A stretch of DNA of 63,700 nt, counting the filler, from Trichosphaerium sp. ATCC 40318 (taxonomy: Eukaryota; Protista; Tubulinea): assembly GCA_038496445.1 (NCBI GenBank). It is 3 parts of 3 records of this genome, joined end to end, with 100 filler letters (N's around TTAATTAATTAA, not from the genome) between each part and the next. Parts side by side here need not be neighbours in the genome. Positions count along the whole stretch, not along the records: positions 24,690 to 50,290 come from JALMLS010000610.1; 2 more parts are not named here. One strand, written 5' to 3'. The first letter of the stretch is position 1; each line of letters begins with the position of its first letter. Positions 26,633 to 38,550 of this stretch are shown here, piece after piece. The notes beneath the pieces were generated by a model, which did no database searches, was not told the origin of the DNA, and saw only the letters and a list, made by a program, of their open reading frames with translations. Made by a program: the position numbers and the translations under genes.

Positions 26633-27490
26633 ATGAGTTTCTCAGGCGTTTCAATAGAACAAGCACTAACGTATTTTACAAAGAAAAACACAGAAGCTTT
26701 CGTTAAAATAATGGCAAACCAACACCAACTGTTTATGACGCAACTTGAAAGTATTTTAGACCTCTCAAACAAACGTCTTACAGAAAATCTTGATAATCTT
26801 TTCAAAGACACGTATATGATTGTTAACCCAAAGAAACATGTCCCAGCAAGAGCGAAAGACCTTGTACCACATTATGAGGGCACCACAAAGTCACCAGAGT
26901 GTAAACGAACACAAAAACAAGACGTGAGAGGCGAAGAGGCAATAAACATTCTCAAACTTCCAATTGAGATCATTGCGTCTATTATAAGGCAAACATCTTC
27001 AAAGTCGAGATTTCGTTTTGCCCAATCATGTCATTTGATGGCTGATATAATTCATACTATTGTTGGATATAAACAAGTTTGTCTTCATTCTCCTCAAGAT
27101 ATTTTAAAGATAAGACAGTATAGAGGCATTAAAAACAATAGTATTATTACTCTAAAGTTTGATAATACTGTATATTCATTATTGGATGGCTGTCGTGATA
27201 TAAGGGTCACTAGAAAATATAGGTATATAACAGATAGTGATTTAAAAGCAATTTCAGGCAGTGTTCAGACCATTGATCTATCAAGATGTATGAATGTGAC
27301 AGATGAAGGAATAAAGGAGTTAAAGGGTGTTCATACAGTTAATCTAAATGGCACGTCAGTTACAGATGAAGGCATTAAAGCACTTGCTGGCATTCATACA
27401 ATTTACCTTAATAGCACATCAATTACAGATAAAGGTCTTAAATATTTAAGAGGTGTTCACAAAATCAGTCTTCAACTCTGCAACCACGAA
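26633..27490 (+). pseudogene. Coiled-coil + F-box + LRR gene interrupted by an inverted Gypsy fragment
   Basis: ATG at 26633 (MSFSGVSIEQA); ILKLPIEIIASII...FAQSCHLMADIIHTIVGY; about 4 LRRs before Gypsy sequence starts near 27487; LRR traces ([12 protein letters not shown]) reappear at about 27743. Confidence 0.8.
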
Positions 27491-29259
27491 CATGATTAAG
27501 TGGACCAAGTGTTCTTCAAAGGTGCTACTAAACACGATGATGTCATCTACGTAGCACAAGCATACTTGCCAAAGTAATCCAGACAACATTAAGTTCATGT
27601 GTCTTTGGAACGTGGCTTGTGCGTTCTTTAGACCAAAAGGCATGCCTAGCCATTCGTATAGTCCCCATGGTGTAGCGAATGCTGTTTTAGATCTGTCTCT
27701 GTCTGCCATCTGATTTGCCAATATCCTGATATGGGATCGAAGATTGAAGGGTGTTCTCTGGATTAATCTTGGTAGCACCGTTCCGTGAAGGTCTCAAGTC
27801 ACTACATCGTGTTCATCAATACATGACTCGCTATTGCTGACATGTGACAGATAAGGCATTAACCATTGTGATTCATTTTATTTTCCCAATGGCATCTTTA
27901 GTACCTCAAAGGTGACAATGCACTGTGCTGGCAGTTCATAGGGGATTGTACTTGTTGGCGTTTTGTTTCAATGAATGGTTTAAGCGTTTGCTGGTGTTCT
28001 AATTCTAGTCATGAAGGTTATGCCAGATGTAACTCTGATATGTTATTGCCTTCCATCTTAAAGGTTTGTTTCGCTTTCAAGATGTCTGCTTCGGTGACGT
28101 CTTTGTTCTCTTTGATGATCTTATCCATTTCTTCTCTGTAATCAATGTCCAATGAAGATACGTTGTCGTCTTCGGTGATGGTGCGGAACCGAGCAATATT
28201 ACAGTTCTTTTTGATGATCTTTGTTCTGTTGGTTGCGTTCATCACGTGCACGGGTACCATGTGTTTGTTAACCACTTTACAGCATGTACGTGCTAATTGT
28301 ATGCCTAATTTGTTGAATATGATGTTGTGGTTATCCCCTCCTTCAACTTCGTGTGCTTTACTATTCCCTCTCTCTTCGTGACTGGCGTAGACAGCTTAGC
28401 CCAGAATTGACATTGCGAGTATCTTGGTATCTTAATCTTGCCTCCAGTAATGACGAATGCTTCGTCTGGTTTACGAATGCTCTCTGTTCAGCAATGCTCG
28501 TCTCTGTTTGTTGGTGATGGTATCTGTGTTGAAGTCTATCTTTAGTCCAAATCCTTTTATCTTGTTAAGTCCCAAGAGTATGCTGTATCTGAACTTCTTT
28601 AACACGAAGAACAGTACGTTTTGCTTCTGACTGCCGATTGTGATGGGCACTGTTGCTGTTCCGATAATGGGTAGCGGCTTGTTATTGGCTGCTAGTACTC
28701 TCGGTTGCACTGTGCGATGTATTACGTTCCTTCTACTGATCTGTTTCATCATGGAGTAGCTAATAATACTGCATGTAGCACCTGTGTCTATGACTGCGTC
28801 TACGTTCTCCTTTGTGGCTACTGTGACCTTCGCTGTCGTGATATTGTATAAGTATTTCTTTAACGTGAGGCCGTCTGTCATAGTATTCACACTAGAATCC
28901 TGATGTAATCTAGTGTGGTCTACACAATGGGTATGCCTTTTGCCTTCTGCTGGTTTAACCACGTTATTGTTCGGTGTTCTCGCGTATTCGGTGTCGTCAT
29001 GGCTGAGTAAACACTTTATCTCACTTTCTGTTGTGCTTTCGTCTTTCCTTGTGAGCTGGTTAGTGCCAAAAGATCCAATGGGTCCTGTAGCAAACGGAGA
29101 CTTCGAGTAAGACCATATGTGTTTATTAACTTCTACATTATTAACATCTTCACGACGTCTTGGGCATCTTACTGCAGTGTGTTCGCGGCTCTTACAAATC
29201 TGGCACGCTTCTCGTCTATCATTGGTGTCACGTCTTCTGTCACGCTCATCTCTTCGCGA
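27487..29259 (-). mobile_element. Inverted partial copy of the Gypsy element (gag end, protease, RT piece)
   Basis: 28035-29259 is the reverse complement of about 32652-33890, and 27497-27730 of about 34290-34524; the middle (27740-28035) is garbled. Confidence 0.9.
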
Positions 29260-29498
29260 TGTTTCGTTATCTTTGAATGTCATGCAACGATCTGATTCAG
29301 CCCCGAGATTAAGTTACTTTGACAATAGCAAGGAACACATAATTATGTTGAATCACGTGCGTGTAACAAAAATCAAGTTTTTCTTTTTTGATGTAAGAGA
29401 GGGCATTTCATTTTTCAAACGGTGGCCTACACAGATTGCTAATTGAAGATTAGTGTTCATTTGGAGACAACGATGAAGTTAATTCGTTTTACGCTAGC

Positions 29499-31049
29499 AT
29501 GGAAATGCAAAAGGGCTTGAAACAGCAAAGCTTGTTTGTTTCATCGAGTGATACAATGGCAATATCATATGGCAACACTTGTTTCTTTAGTGTCGTGGAT
29601 TCACCTAGTTTGAGTCATTACAATGTTGTTCCGAAACAAGAAACCACTAGCGACATGACTGCTGGTATATTTTGGAATAACTCGGGCGCTCATGGAAGCA
29701 AAGTAGGTTCTGCTTTGCGTTCTGTTCTTCGGATGCTTAGAAGTTCAGTTGTAAATGTAGATGTGTATGCCTACAACATCGAAAGCTCGTTTATTAAGAG
29801 GTTTGATGCCAGAGATACTAATGGTTGTTTGTCAGTAAGTATTTGTCTCCTTTTTGTTTTGAATTTTTTGTCGTTCTAATGAATCATTTCTAGTGTCTCG
29901 AGAACCTTAGTTCTACTTCAGATGGCGGTGTTGACTTAGGTACAATTGATTTTCCAGCAACATCGAGCGATGGAAAACAATACAGCTGTCATATTTTTTT
30001 TGGTATGTAAACAACAACATCACAATATTCTTCGCTTAAACCACTAACTAAGTTTGCAGGTGATGGACAGTCAACATTTGGCGAGAAGTACCCTTCTATC
30101 AAAGCGTCAGCACCAATTATTGTGATTGAAGATGTGGTTGTGAACGACATTAATCTATCCAAGCTGGTTCAGCAAAGCGGTGGTGAGCGTGTTAAAAAAG
30201 GAGCTGATCCAAGTACGTTCTTACTACTTGAGTACAACTCAAATACTTACCTTTAACTCAGCTTCCGCATTGAGACACTGCATGAAGAAGGATAAATCTG
30301 TTAAGTTTATGCGGGCAAGATTGAAATCGAAGGAATCTCTTGAAGGTAACGTTGAAATGGTATTTGATAAGTTTCTAAGAATTTTTCGTTTTAGTGTTTC
30401 CAAGTTTTCCTTCACGAGTACCTGCTGATGGTACCTTTTCTCTTGTTGGTAAATGCAATTCCTCCCAAAGAAGTTTAGATTTGAGTATATGCTATGGTAG
30501 CGGAAGCCAAGTAATAGCCACTTCAGAGCATACAATTCCTTCATACGAAGTTGGCTCTAAAAAGGTATGATTTGAACTTGCTTTTTGTTTCTGTTTACCA
30601 TTCATAGATATCAATGCTAGAACGATACTTGACAATAGTAAGAATGAAAGAAATGATGCTTGAGGATAATTACAAGAGATATAAGGTACGGAACAATAAG
30701 AAGTGTGACAACTGTTAACAGTGGTCTAAAGGATACATTCGTTCAACTTGGCAAAAAGTATGGACTACCATCAGAGTTTGCTTCGTTTGTGGTTCTTAAC
30801 AAGCTCTCTCTGTTCTTGAAACATGACATCATGCCTCCAAAGTCTATGCCAGAGTTTAGAAAAAGCTATATGGAGATTACATCTAAGAGGCTAATGGAAG
30901 AAGAGCAAAAAAAGATCAACAAACAAATGATTTTGTTGGGAATTTACAACAGGTATTTTACTTTCTTGATTTTCCTTGACTTTACCATTCATTTGACTGT
31001 TAATTTATAGGATTATAAATTGGTCAAGGAGGTCCTATCCTCTGTCAAA
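29499..31049 (+). CDS. vWA-domain protein (VIT-vWA-like), multi-exon, interrupted by the Gypsy LTR
   Basis: MIDAS-like GIFWNNSGA, DGGVDLG, IFFGDGQSTFG, SKLVQQSGG and LGKKYGLPSEFASFVVL; the last exon runs into the LTR at 31050 with no stop. Confidence 0.55.
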
Positions 31050-31171
31050 TGTAAGATACATCTATGGCGGATATCAACTAAGTCAATCTTGTATAACTAC
31101 GCCTTAAGCGTACACAATAAATACACTCAGGGATCAGCCTGAACTCCTTCCTTACACAAAACACTCTTACA
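31050..31171 (+). repeat. 5' LTR (122 bp) of the Gypsy element
   Basis: Begins TGTAAGA and ends TCTTACA (perfect 7-bp inverted ends); internal TATAA and AATAAA; followed after 2 nt by PBS TGGCGACACGAGCA. Confidence 0.8.
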
Positions 31172-34100
31172 TTTGGCGACACGAGCACTTATGAACACTG
31201 CTGGCGACAATGATGAAACTATTAAAGATAACGTGGCTGAAGCCGATATTGACACAGGTACGGCCTTGGAAAGCGAACAGAAGGACAATTCTAGCGAAAA
31301 AGACGAAGATGAAGTACGTGTGAGATACAGCTCCGACGACGATAGCATGGATAAACCCGCTCCAACACGTGGTAAAGGATCGACAGTGGCGAAGGGATTC
31401 GCAGCAATACCAAAGACCACCAGTACGCCCAAGAAGATACGCAAGCGGACTGGTGATACCACAAAGGGCAACACCGCCAAGAAGAGAAGAACAAGCACCA
31501 CTAGCGCCAAGGAGACAAACACAACCCCCAAACCATACAACAGTCCAGTCAGTCTTGGTGATGACGATGAGGATGATGATGATTTTCGCAGTATGGACGA
31601 TGTGCGCAAAGAAATACGCGAAACACCGGAAAGCCGATCCAGCGTGTCTTCATACAAAGCGAACGATAAAATAGAACGACTCAGCAAGATGGAGTGCACC
31701 AAAGAAGAACGCAAATGTGTATTACAATTTTTACCACACGCTGTCAAAGATCGTAATGGGGTGGTATTTGGTAGCGATTGGTCTAAAGCGATCACGATGA
31801 ACAAGGCTGGCAAAGTACCAGAAGCTCAGAATAAATTTGGCAGCGATATATCCGTGAGAGCCATGTACGTATACCTTACCAGGATACGACAGACGGCAGA
31901 TACGTATAATATCAACAAAAAAGGCTACTTATACCTGTTGGCAAGAGCAGCCGAAGAAGAAGCCTTCACGATGTTAAGTAACTTGGACAACAACGAACCA
32001 GCAGAAGCTATACTAGCACTCATCAGACGATTCCACTACATACGTGGCACAGACGAAGCTTATCAGAAGCTGCAATCAGCTCAACAACAGATCGACCAGT
32101 CGGTAGAAGAGTTTCGCGCCTACATTGATAGATGGGCCAGCATGGCGCGACAATCGGTCAAAGAAAAGACACGTGTGTTCTTCGCTGGATTATTACCCAA
32201 CCTACGAATGAAAGTGAAAGCGCACTACGGTAACTACGACTCGACAAAGATGGATTACGAGAAGATTATCAAGATCGCCACCAAAGCAGAGCGTAGCTAC
32301 CATGACAAAGAAAAAGTGCGTAAACAAATGCTGGCTAGAAAGATGAACATAAAGAGAGAAGAAGACGCGATCAACACCATCACAACACCAAAGAAGCCAA
32401 CAACCACCAGACCCACTACCAGAAGAGATGAGCGAAGGATCAATCCGCTTCCACGTCCCAGAAACAACGACCGACGCAACGACGACAGAAGAGAACCGTA
32501 CAACAGATCTGGTAGAACACGAGAATACGATCGACGCCGCACAGACAGGAGGTCTAGATCGCGTGAAAGGAGAACACGTGATGATAGACGCAAGAGAAAT
32601 AGTTACGATGATCGACGCGCTGAAGAACCGAAACGCCGTAGATACGAGCCTTCGCGAAGAGATGAGCGTGACAGAAGACGTGACACCAATGATAGACGAG
32701 AAGCGTGCCAGATTTGTAAGAGCCGCGAACACACTGCAGTAAGATGCCCAAGACGTCGTGAAGATGTTAATAATGTAGAAGTTAATAAACACATATGGTC
32801 TTACTCGAAGTCTCCGTTTGCTACAGGACCCATTGGATCTTTTGGCACTAACCAGCTCACAAGGAAAGACGAAAGCACAACAGAAAGTGAGATAAAGTGT
32901 TTACTCAGCCATGACGACACCGAATACGCGAGAACACCGAACAATAACGTGGTTAAACCAGCAGAAGGCAAAAGGCATACCCATTGTGTAGACCACACTA
33001 GATTACATCAGGATTCTAGTGTGAATACTATGACAGACGGCCTCACGTTAAAGAAATACTTATACAATATCACGACAGCGAAGGTCACAGTAGCCACAAA
33101 GGAGAACGTAGACGCAGTCATAGACACAGGTGCTACATGCAGTATTATTAGCTACTCCATGATGAAACAGATCAGTAGAAGGAACGTAATACATCGCACA
33201 GTGCAACCGAGAGTACTAGCAGCCAATAACAAGCCGCTACCCATTATCGGAACAGCAACAGTGCCCATCACAATCGGCAGTCAGAAGCAAAACGTACTGT
33301 TCTTCGTGGTAAAGAAGTTCAGATACAGCATACTCTTGGGACTTAACATGATAAAAGGATTTGGACTAAAGATAGACTTCAACACAGATACCATCACCAA
33401 CAAACAACAAGACGAGATTAAGCTGAACAAAGTCAGAGAGAGCATTCGTAAACCAGACGAAGCATTCGTCATTACTGGAGGCAAGATTAAGATACCAAGA
33501 TACTCGCAATGTCAATTCTGGGCTAAGCTGTCTACGCCAGTCACGAAGAGAGAGGGAATAGTAGAAGCACACGAAGTTGAAGGAGGGGATAACCACAACA
33601 TCATATTCAACAAATTAGGCATACAATTAGCACGTACATGCTGTAAAGTGGTTAACAAACACATGGTACCCGTGCACGTGATGAACGCAACCAACAGAAC
33701 AAAGATCATCAAAAAGAACTGTAATATTGCTCGGTTCCGCACCATCACCGAAGACGACAACGTATCTTCATTGGACATTGATTACAGAGAAGAAATGGAT
33801 AAGATCATCAAAGAGAACAAAGACGTCACCGAAGCAGACATCTTGAAAGCGAAACAAACCTTTAAGATGGAAGGCAATAACATATCAGAGAAACAAAAGG
33901 AAGTGGCATATACCTTCATGGCTAGCAATCTAGACATATTCACATCAGAGTTAGAAACGCCAGCAAACGCAAAAGGAACGGAACATTACATTGAAACGGA
34001 TGAGAACGCCAGACCAGTACACATCCCCTACCGACCACTGCCACCACAGAAGCGAGAGATTGTCAAGAAAGAGGTAGAAAAGATGCTCAAAATGGGAGTA

Positions 34101-35606
34101 ATCCAAGAATCAAAATCACAATGGTCAGCGCCTGTAGTACTAGTCAGAAAGAAGGATGGCACATGGCGATTCTGTATTGACTACAGAGCACTAAACAAAG
34201 TGACAAAGAAGGACGTACACCCTCTACCACGGATTACGGAGCTGCTGGAAGCACTATCCAGAGCAAAATTATTCTCACTCTTCGATGCCATATCAGGATA
34301 TTGGCAAATCAAGATGGCAGACAGAGACAGATCTAAAACAGCATTCGCTACACCATGGGGACTATACGAATGGCTAGGCATGCCTTTTGGTCTAAAGAAC
34401 GCACAAGCCACGTTCCAAAGACACATGAACTTAATGTTGTCTGGATTACTTTGGCAAGTATGCTTGTGCTACGTAGATGACATCATCGTGTTTAGTAGCA
34501 CCTTTGAAGAACACTTGGTCCACTTAAAATTCATGTTCGCGAGAATGCGAGAACACAATGTCAAACTTAAAGCATCCAAAGCCGTGCTCTTTAAAGATGA
34601 GGTGGAATTCCTAGGGCACATAGTGACTGCTAATGGCATAGCCACAAATCCGAGGATTATCAAAGTCATCAAAGAGGCACCAGCGCCAAAGGATGTCAAC
34701 GAGGTAGAACGATTCCTGGGGATCACCGGATACTACCGAAGATTCGTACCTAGATACGCACACTGGGCGAGCCCGTTAAACAAATTGAAACACAAAGATG
34801 TGCCGTGGGAATGGTCAGATAAACAACAGAAAGCGTTTGAGAAATTACGGGAGTTACTCATATCACCACCGATACTGAAACACCCAGACTTCACCATACC
34901 ATTCGAAATACATGTGGACGCCTCACAAGTAGCAATGGGCGCAACACTAGTACAGAAACAAAACAGGAGAGAGCATGTGATTGCCTATTATAGTAAAGCA
35001 TTCAACAAGGCTCAGCAAAAATATTCAACGATAGAACGAGAAACACTTGGAGTAATATCGGCCATAAAAGAATTCGCAGGATACATCTCACTAACAGAGT
35101 TCACGTTAGTAGTGTACACTGATCACAAGCCACTAGAATATATACAAAACCTACAAAATCCGCGAGCATTGGTCGCACGATGGCTGCTAGAACTACAGAG
35201 TTATGACTACAAGCTAAAATATAAACAAGGCAAGAAGCACCTGGACGCAGACGCTTTGACAAGACCACCACTGGTTGATACAGTTAACACAGTATACATG
35301 AATATGGCGATAGACGATGATACGACGGAAAAGAAAACTAAAATAACAGACAAAGAAGCACCAACATTAAGGACGCATCAAAACACGAGAGAGCTTAAAG
35401 ATGGATTGGAAACGATGGAAAGCATTAATTGGGACAACTGTCAAAGAACAGACCCAATCATAAGGGCGTACATACAATTCATCACAGAAGGAAGTATACC
35501 CGACTGGGTCAAACGAAAGCACGGCTTCAGAAAATCAATATTTATTACTAAAGCAAAGAGCCTGGGATATGATGATGATACACACATACTATACCATGTA
35601 GATAGA
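31050..35606 (+). mobile_element. Ty3/Gypsy LTR retrotransposon, truncated before the integrase
   Basis: LTR + PBS + uninterrupted gag-PR-RT-RH ORF; no integrase, PPT or 3' LTR in this contig. Confidence 0.92.
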
Positions 35607-35657
35607 CAGTACCAATTTCAAATATGGATTTTTAAGGAATTCCATATGATTTGGTAG
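31191..35657 (+). CDS. Gypsy Gag-Pol polyprotein (CCHC knuckle, aspartic protease, RT, RNase H)
   Basis: CQICKSREHTAVRC; AVIDTGATCS; [33 protein letters not shown] and YVDD; HVDAS, YSTIERE, YTDHKPL and DADALTR; first ATG at 31191. Confidence 0.95.
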   Translation: MNTAGDNDETIKDNVAEADIDTGTALESEQKDNSSEKDEDEVRVRYSSDDDSMDKPAPTRGKGSTVAKGFAAIPKTTSTPKKIRKRTGDTTKGNTAKKRRTSTTSAKETNTTPKPYNSPVSLGDDDEDDDDFRSMDDVRKEIRETPESRSSVSSYKANDKIERLSKMECTKEERKCVLQFLPHAVKDRNGVVFGSDWSKAITMNKAGKVPEAQNKFGSDISVRAMYVYLTRIRQTADTYNINKKGYLYLLARAAEEEAFTMLSNLDNNEPAEAILALIRRFHYIRGTDEAYQKLQSAQQQIDQSVEEFRAYIDRWASMARQSVKEKTRVFFAGLLPNLRMKVKAHYGNYDSTKMDYEKIIKIATKAERSYHDKEKVRKQMLARKMNIKREEDAINTITTPKKPTTTRPTTRRDERRINPLPRPRNNDRRNDDRREPYNRSGRTREYDRRRTDRRSRSRERRTRDDRRKRNSYDDRRAEEPKRRRYEPSRRDERDRRRDTNDRREACQICKSREHTAVRCPRRREDVNNVEVNKHIWSYSKSPFATGPIGSFGTNQLTRKDESTTESEIKCLLSHDDTEYARTPNNNVVKPAEGKRHTHCVDHTRLHQDSSVNTMTDGLTLKKYLYNITTAKVTVATKENVDAVIDTGATCSIISYSMMKQISRRNVIHRTVQPRVLAANNKPLPIIGTATVPITIGSQKQNVLFFVVKKFRYSILLGLNMIKGFGLKIDFNTDTITNKQQDEIKLNKVRESIRKPDEAFVITGGKIKIPRYSQCQFWAKLSTPVTKREGIVEAHEVEGGDNHNIIFNKLGIQLARTCCKVVNKHMVPVHVMNATNRTKIIKKNCNIARFRTITEDDNVSSLDIDYREEMDKIIKENKDVTEADILKAKQTFKMEGNNISEKQKEVAYTFMASNLDIFTSELETPANAKGTEHYIETDENARPVHIPYRPLPPQKREIVKKEVEKMLKMGVIQESKSQWSAPVVLVRKKDGTWRFCIDYRALNKVTKKDVHPLPRITELLEALSRAKLFSLFDAISGYWQIKMADRDRSKTAFATPWGLYEWLGMPFGLKNAQATFQRHMNLMLSGLLWQVCLCYVDDIIVFSSTFEEHLVHLKFMFARMREHNVKLKASKAVLFKDEVEFLGHIVTANGIATNPRIIKVIKEAPAPKDVNEVERFLGITGYYRRFVPRYAHWASPLNKLKHKDVPWEWSDKQQKAFEKLRELLISPPILKHPDFTIPFEIHVDASQVAMGATLVQKQNRREHVIAYYSKAFNKAQQKYSTIERETLGVISAIKEFAGYISLTEFTLVVYTDHKPLEYIQNLQNPRALVARWLLELQSYDYKLKYKQGKKHLDADALTRPPLVDTVNTVYMNMAIDDDTTEKKTKITDKEAPTLRTHQNTRELKDGLETMESINWDNCQRTDPIIRAYIQFITEGSIPDWVKRKHGFRKSIFITKAKSLGYDDDTHILYHVDRQYQFQIWIFKEFHMIW

Positions 35658-35756
35658 ACTTATTATTCATTGTTTTGTAGTTGAAAAGTACTAGCCTTTT
35701 AGACATGATTTCCATATGTAAATAAACAAAATTAGTTCTTAATTAATGTCAAATAG

Positions 35757-36098
35757 TAAGGTAGAATTCCAGATGAATACCAAGGTAGAATTCATATTGA
35801 AAATAAGCGTGAATTCAGCCCCAAAAACAAGCTAGATTTAAGCTGGAAAATAAGGTAGAATTCAGACTGAAAACCAAGGTAGAATTCATATTTAAAAATA
35901 AGCGTGAATTCAGCCCAAAAACAAGCTAGATTTAAGTTGGAAAATAAGGTAGAATTCAGACTGAAAAATAAGTGTGAATTCAGCCCAAAAACAAGCTAGA
36001 TTTAAGCTGGAAAATAAGGTAGAATTCAGACTGAAAAATAAGTGTGAATTCAGCGGAAAATAAGGTAAAATTCAGGCTGAAAATAAGTATGAATTAAC
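35757..36098. repeat. Tandem array of about 15 units of ~23 bp (YAAGNNNGAATTCA core) with higher-order structure
   Basis: Unit types TAAGGTAGAATTCAGACTGAAAA, CAAGGTAGAATTCATATT, TAAGYGTGAATTCAGCCC and CAAGCTAGATTTAAGCTGG recur as ABCD-ABCD-ACD-AC-AC. Confidence 0.9.
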
Positions 36099-36190
36099 CA
36101 CAAATAAAAATTCTATTTATTACTAAATACTACAATTGCAAATCGTATTCCAAGCTGTCGTTCAAAAAACTTTCTAAGAAACAAACCAAT

Positions 36191-38286
36191 TCAAGGGTTT
36201 ACAGGCAAGATGAAATAATCTGAATGTTGCTCCAGTTGATCGTGCAAATAATCTACAGTCCATTTATTGTGTTGCACTAAAAAAATAAGCATCAGCATCA
36301 AACACTTGCAATTGCAAAACAACAACGCACAATGAGGATACTTGGAGCAGATGTCAATGCCAGTGTGGTGATGTATTTTCTGAGTCAAGTCTTTACGCTG
36401 TTTGTATGTGCCTGAAACTCTGATAGCGTTCTTGTCAGTATCACATGTTTTAATCCAATCATAGCAAACAGCTTTAAGGAGTATGAGCGCTGATGCGCCA
36501 GGAGATGCATTGCCCGAAAATGTGACCTGGTGAATGTCTTTTTGTTCATCTATAGTAAAGTGCTTCCTCACAGCTACACACGCATTATCCATCAAGTTCT
36601 TTCTGGCTAAAACAAAATAAGTTTATTGCAAAGCCAAAGACATTTAATCAGTACGTACCCACAAAAGAAAAGGAGCCTTTATAAAAAACCAACATGGACC
36701 AGTGCCACTGTGCATTCGCATCGTACTTTTCCAAAGTAGGGTGTTCACAAACACAAACACTGGTGTTAGTGTAGCATAGAGGAACAACAAAGATTGAGGT
36801 ACAGTCTTCATCCAAGTTGTGTTCATTCTGCAGCATAAAAGTGTCAGTGTCACCGCCTTCATTTAACACATGGAACGTACAAAGTTTCCCTGAAGAATAG
36901 GTGCTTTAGCTACTAGCGTGTATTGTGTATCGTCGTGCAAAAAAGCCAAAAGAGCATCCATGGTAAAGATGTAATCCTCGCAAAAGAGTGGCAAACAGTC
37001 CAACAGCTTCACTTTGTTCCCGCCAATTTCCACCTCTTCGTTAGCAAACAACTTGAACTACAAAAACAAAGGCGTTAGGTGTGGAATTCAAAAGTAGTGC
37101 AAGTACAACAGGACTCTCCACAACACTGTCTTGGCTCACAACGCCTGGTTCTGGCGGGAGGCTAATGTGATCATTGAACCCAGGCAAAGAATACCCTTTA
37201 TTACCAGCTTCCATGCGCGACCCCGCCGACTGCAAGTCCACCACTACTCCTGAACCATCTTCTAGCAATATAGCCTATTAGAATGGAGCGTTAGGTGCAT
37301 ATAATGTAAAGAGCATTAGGATACCGCTTCAGCCGCACTGTTCTGAGCAGTCAAAAGATCTGGGTGCCTGTAGTTAGGGTCATTCGCTATTCTTTCAAAT
37401 CTTGGAAACTCGGTTATGAGTTTTGAATACTCGGCAGATACAGACTCATCCGTTACTTTTCCAGTTGCCCACTTGCCAAACTCCTTTCTTATTTTCTATA
37501 CCAAGGTTATTCAAATCAGTGTCAGTTTTGTACATGTTTGTAAAAGATCTGCATGGCGGCATAGTCTTGCTTGGGTTCATGGTCAGATGATATCAAAGCG
37601 TGGGCAATGTTCCAACACTTGTGCACTAAACGTGTGTCAGTTGACCTAAAAAAAAACAAAGAAAAAGAGTACCCAACAAATCCATATCTAGCAACGCTTC
37701 TTCTTTGACATTCTTGTTTTTGAACTCATAGTGTAACAGCTTGTTAATAGTTCTTGCCGATTTATGGAACACAGTCTTAGTTCTGAACGCATCTAGTTGT
37801 GCTAGATCCTTAACACGAACTGGTCTATTCATATTACACAGCGCCAGCTCATTTATCTCTTTCTTCAAGCAGTCGTCATCCAGCATGGTCGTGTACGAGT
37901 GACAGTACCAAAGATACCTTTTAATTACTGCTTTTTTGAACGGCTAAAATGGGTTACAAGATTAGTAAGAATTTTGAAAAAAAAAGTAATCGTACCAAAG
38001 GAATTTCGTCTTGGTTTTTGTCCGACTGTTTAAGCAGTTGCTGTAGTTCGACTTTTAGCTTCTGTATCTCAGCGTTATGGGATTTGCTAGCCTTTTGTAT
38101 TGACAATAGCATCGTCGTCTGTTCACTCATTCTATTCAACACCACTTGAATGCTGTCTAAAGGTTACAAGTTAAAAGCTTGCTTACAAGCACATTGTAAC
38201 GTACCATACACCTGCTTTTGCTGAGCAGCCATCGTTTTGGCCATATGTTGGTACTCCAGTGTCTTCTTGGGCTTTGGTTGGGACAT
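36191..38286 (-). CDS. Multi-exon hypothetical protein: N-terminal coiled coil, C-terminal region weakly like a Ulp1/C48 protease (probably inactive)
   Basis: ATG at 38286 (MSQPKPKK); consistent GT-AG introns; SIFVVPLC...WHWSMLVF resembles the Ulp1 IFxPI..HWxL motif, but no catalytic Asp or Cys is evident. Confidence 0.5.
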
Positions 38287-38550
38287 GCTGCTCTTGTGGG
38301 GGTGATTCACGCGTTCTAAAAGGTTTGGTAGGCAAAGAGCAGTGTGAGCTCTAAGAAATTCTTAGAAGTTCTCAAAAAGAAAAAAAAAAACACTGCTTGT
38401 GCTAAAGCCCAAACAACAGCTAGTTCAAACTGGCATTACCTTTCCTATGAAACTCCGTGAAAACTCACGTGGATCTACTGTGGAATTACCAGAAAACTTG
38501 AAAGTGAAAAAAAAAGTAAGAACAATAAAATAATATGAAAATACATTATT

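Noticed and set aside
31127-34726. Multiple minus-strand ORFs over the Gypsy element
   Set aside because: Shadows of the Gag-Pol ORF with no independent motifs.
35757-36098. CRISPR-like array
   Set aside because: The units are contiguous with no unique spacers, there are no cas genes, and the context is eukaryotic.
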